64,000 nt of DNA from Bdellovibrionales bacterium (GTDB lineage: Bacteria; Bdellovibrionota; Bdellovibrionia; Bdellovibrionales; UBA1609). Shown here one piece after another: positions 62,227 to 64,000 of this stretch (the first letter of the stretch is position 1; every line of letters begins with the position of its first letter). The notes beneath the pieces are model-generated. The model was not told where the DNA came from. It did no database searches and saw only the letters and a program-made list of their open reading frames with translations. A program made the translations under genes and the position numbers. Where the stretch lies: contig CBDHDF010000010.1 in assembly GCA_965261545.1 (NCBI GenBank), forward strand, positions 288,001 to 352,000, read 5' to 3'.

Positions 62227-62324
62227 GCCAGTTATCCACAAAATTTATCCACAGCAGCACTGCGTTGCTAGACATCGGGGTCACAGCCGCAGTGTCGCCA
62301 TGGATAAATTTATGGATAACTGGC
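62227..62324. repeat. ~98-bp imperfect palindrome with two consensus TTATCCACA boxes
   Basis: gccagttatcca...tggataactggc arms; boxes at 62232..62240 and 62245..62253. Confidence 0.8.
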
Positions 62325-62953
62325 TTTTACCGTACTATTTGCTCGTCACTCTCGCGGAGCTTTAGACATTAGCTGCGCCAAGGAATCCTGAAAAATACTC
62401 CATTTACCTCTGCCATAGGGCTGAAGGATGCATTTGGGGTCATGCCAAAAGTGGTGGGCAGAAAATCATTCCTCAGAATCTTGTGGCATAGTCCGAGTTA
62501 AATGATGAGCAAAATAAAGACACTTGACTAAACTCTGAACGAAGAATAACTAAATCAGTACATCATCAACTGGCCGTTTTTCATTGGCGACGGCTTCTAA
62601 AAATGGCCAATTTTAATTGGCGCCTAACAAAGGGCTGTAACTCGGGCCATATGCGAGCCCACATATTTTTCATAGCTTTTACATACAGCGATTTGTTTCA
62701 TCACACAAGCCGACCTTGAAGACCAAGGAAAGCCAGTGTTGCAGTTGACCTCCCAAGGGTTTAATTGACGCCCCGGGACACCGTGGACCTTGTGGGAGTG
62801 GTCGTTTGCTCATCTTGATCTTGGATCTGATTTTTCTAGTGCTTTAGCTCAATGGGCGGCTCAAAATCAAATGGATATCTACCCCTTGCCTTAAAGTGTT
62901 TGTGGTCGGTTTTCGGTTTTGATCTACGAACACATATATCGCATCAAAGATAT

Positions 62954-63453
62954 TTATATGTTAGCAAAACCCTGAGGCATTATGAATTTTTTATTTTTTC
63001 TTTTCGACTCATAACTTTGCTTAATTTGGGTTTTATGTAATCTATAACCAAGGTATGCTATAGGTGCTGAGATACGCCCCTCAAAGGTCTTAGGGTAGCG
63101 TGTTCTTAACTTCCTTCTTCTCAAAATCGAATAGAGAGTGTCTTTTCCCTCATCAAGCGCACTTTTTGTGTGTGTTAGAATGATGATATCATCGACATAC
63201 CTCTGATAAAAAATATGGGTTTGTTGATTAAAAAAATCATCTAAATCTTTAAGATACAACCAAGCGTAAAATGTTGACATTGAGCTTCCTTGAAAAATAC
63301 TCTTTTCTCTCACAGATTTCGTATTTTTTTCTACTGGCAACAAAAGGTCTTGCCAAATGAGAGAATGTAAGCAACGCGGCACTCCTATCTTGAAAATAAG
63401 TTTTTCCAAGATTACGGTGTCCACACTAGCGAAATAAGATTTAACATCTGTCT
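62954..63453 (-). pseudogene. Reverse transcriptase, C-terminal part; 5' part cut off by an IS1634 insertion
   Basis: Manual extension gives TDVKSYFASVD, then QGSSMS, YQRYVDDIII, KTF.GRI, YLGY. Confidence 0.88.
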
Positions 63454-64000
63454 CCCGAGTTTGACAGCAGCATCTGCGTCAAACGAATGATATTAAAGGA
63501 TTAACGCATATAGTTGTATTTTGTTTATCCACACTTGTGGGCATTAAGGATTCTGGGAGGGATGGGGACGCCTGCGGCTTTAAATAAGGAGTTGGCATTG
63601 CCAGTGATATCTGTGCGGGTCCAAATGACTTGATCACGAATTTTAACAGGGATAGCCCTAACTTCCTTGAGTTCCCTCATGGCCTCTACAACAGTTAAAG
63701 GTCGCTCTTTAACATGACCAATGCCTATGGCTGGGCTTTTTAGGTTCATCTTCTTATCTCTTAAACATTTTGTAAGGTGGGCCTCACAAAGATAAGTTAA
63801 AAAGCATAGAGTTAAATGTCCAATAATCCTCTGGTCTGTCCAATGGAAAACAGGACGTGTTTTCAAAGTCCCTTTTAACTCACCAAAAGCATCTTCAATT
63901 TTCCACAATTCTTTGTAGTTGATAATAATCTCATCTGCCGTCAAGTCTTTGACATTTGTAAGGACGGCAAAAAAACCATCAATTTTTTCATCTAATTCTA
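63454..64000 (-). mobile_element. IS1634-family element related to IS-A, runs off the window
   Basis: End cccgagtttgacagcagcatctgcgtcaaa matches the reverse complement of the IS-A right end with 2 mismatches. Confidence 0.9.
63525..64000 (-). CDS. IS1634-family transposase, C-terminal part (partial)
   Basis: YKELWKIEDAFGELKGTLKTRPVFHW, homologous to 39809..40237 but diverged at DNA level. Confidence 0.9.
   Translation of the reverse strand, partial: ELDEKIDGFFAVLTNVKDLTADEIIINYKELWKIEDAFGELKGTLKTRPVFHWTDQRIIGHLTLCFLTYLCEAHLTKCLRDKKMNLKSPAIGIGHVKERPLTVVEAMRELKEVRAIPVKIRDQVIWTRTDITGNANSLFKAAGVPIPPRILNAHKCG

Larger units (their letters stand above)
59384..62629 (+). mobile_element. IS21-family element (3246 bp)
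   Basis: TGTTAG...CTAACA ends, 5-bp TSD aaggg (59379..59383, 62630..62634), repeated gtcgccaat(g/t)aaaa motifs, istA-istB pair. Confidence 0.95.
59017..62982 (-). repeat. Array unit A, copy 3 (same deletion as copy 2; interrupted by IS21)
   Basis: 59017..59383 plus 62630..62982 reconstitute unit A. Confidence 0.9.

Noticed and set aside
54030..63453. Diversity-generating retroelement (RT plus repeated ABC fragments as TR/VR)
   Set aside because: Differences between copies are mixed substitutions and indels, not adenine-specific; the RT has QG rather than the DGR-type motif; no Avd-like gene was seen

Overview
A 64-kb bacterial chromosomal segment. Protein content and gene order suggest a Bdellovibrionota-like organism, which is an inference and not a database result. 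About 45 kb is housekeeping: EAL protein, MutS-like/MscS fusion, ABC-2 pair, rhomboid and RDD proteins, sucA-sucB-lpdA, coaE-addB-addA, Ser/Thr kinase, hemA-hemC, sppA-fadI-fadJ, pgi, methyltransferase, nth-gatCAB-ppx, FAH, pyrE and tRNA-Arg(TCG). There are two mobile-DNA hotspots. (1) 34.2-40.5 kb is a nested stack of IS256 inside IS1634-type B inside IS1634-type A. Element A is flanked by a perfect 134-bp direct repeat and sits in an IS4-like remnant next to an inverted IS1634 scar. (2) 52-64 kb, downstream of the tRNA, is an A-B-A-B-A array in which an Rpn (PD-(D/E)XK) nuclease cassette alternates with full or deleted copies of an MsbA-like ABC transporter locus. The array carries an ISNCY-type IS and an oversized IS21, and is bordered by a reverse-transcriptase fragment cut by another IS1634. 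The main leads are: the Rpn array, with a putative leaderless toxin and internal antitoxin start; a promoter plus structured RNA in the IS21 left end; small-peptide and hairpin cargo in the IS256; two dispersed paralogous secreted Cys proteins sharing a conserved operator; two unusual gene fusions; and many short tandem duplications. No CRISPR array or rRNA was seen. All calls come from reading the sequence; no searches were run.
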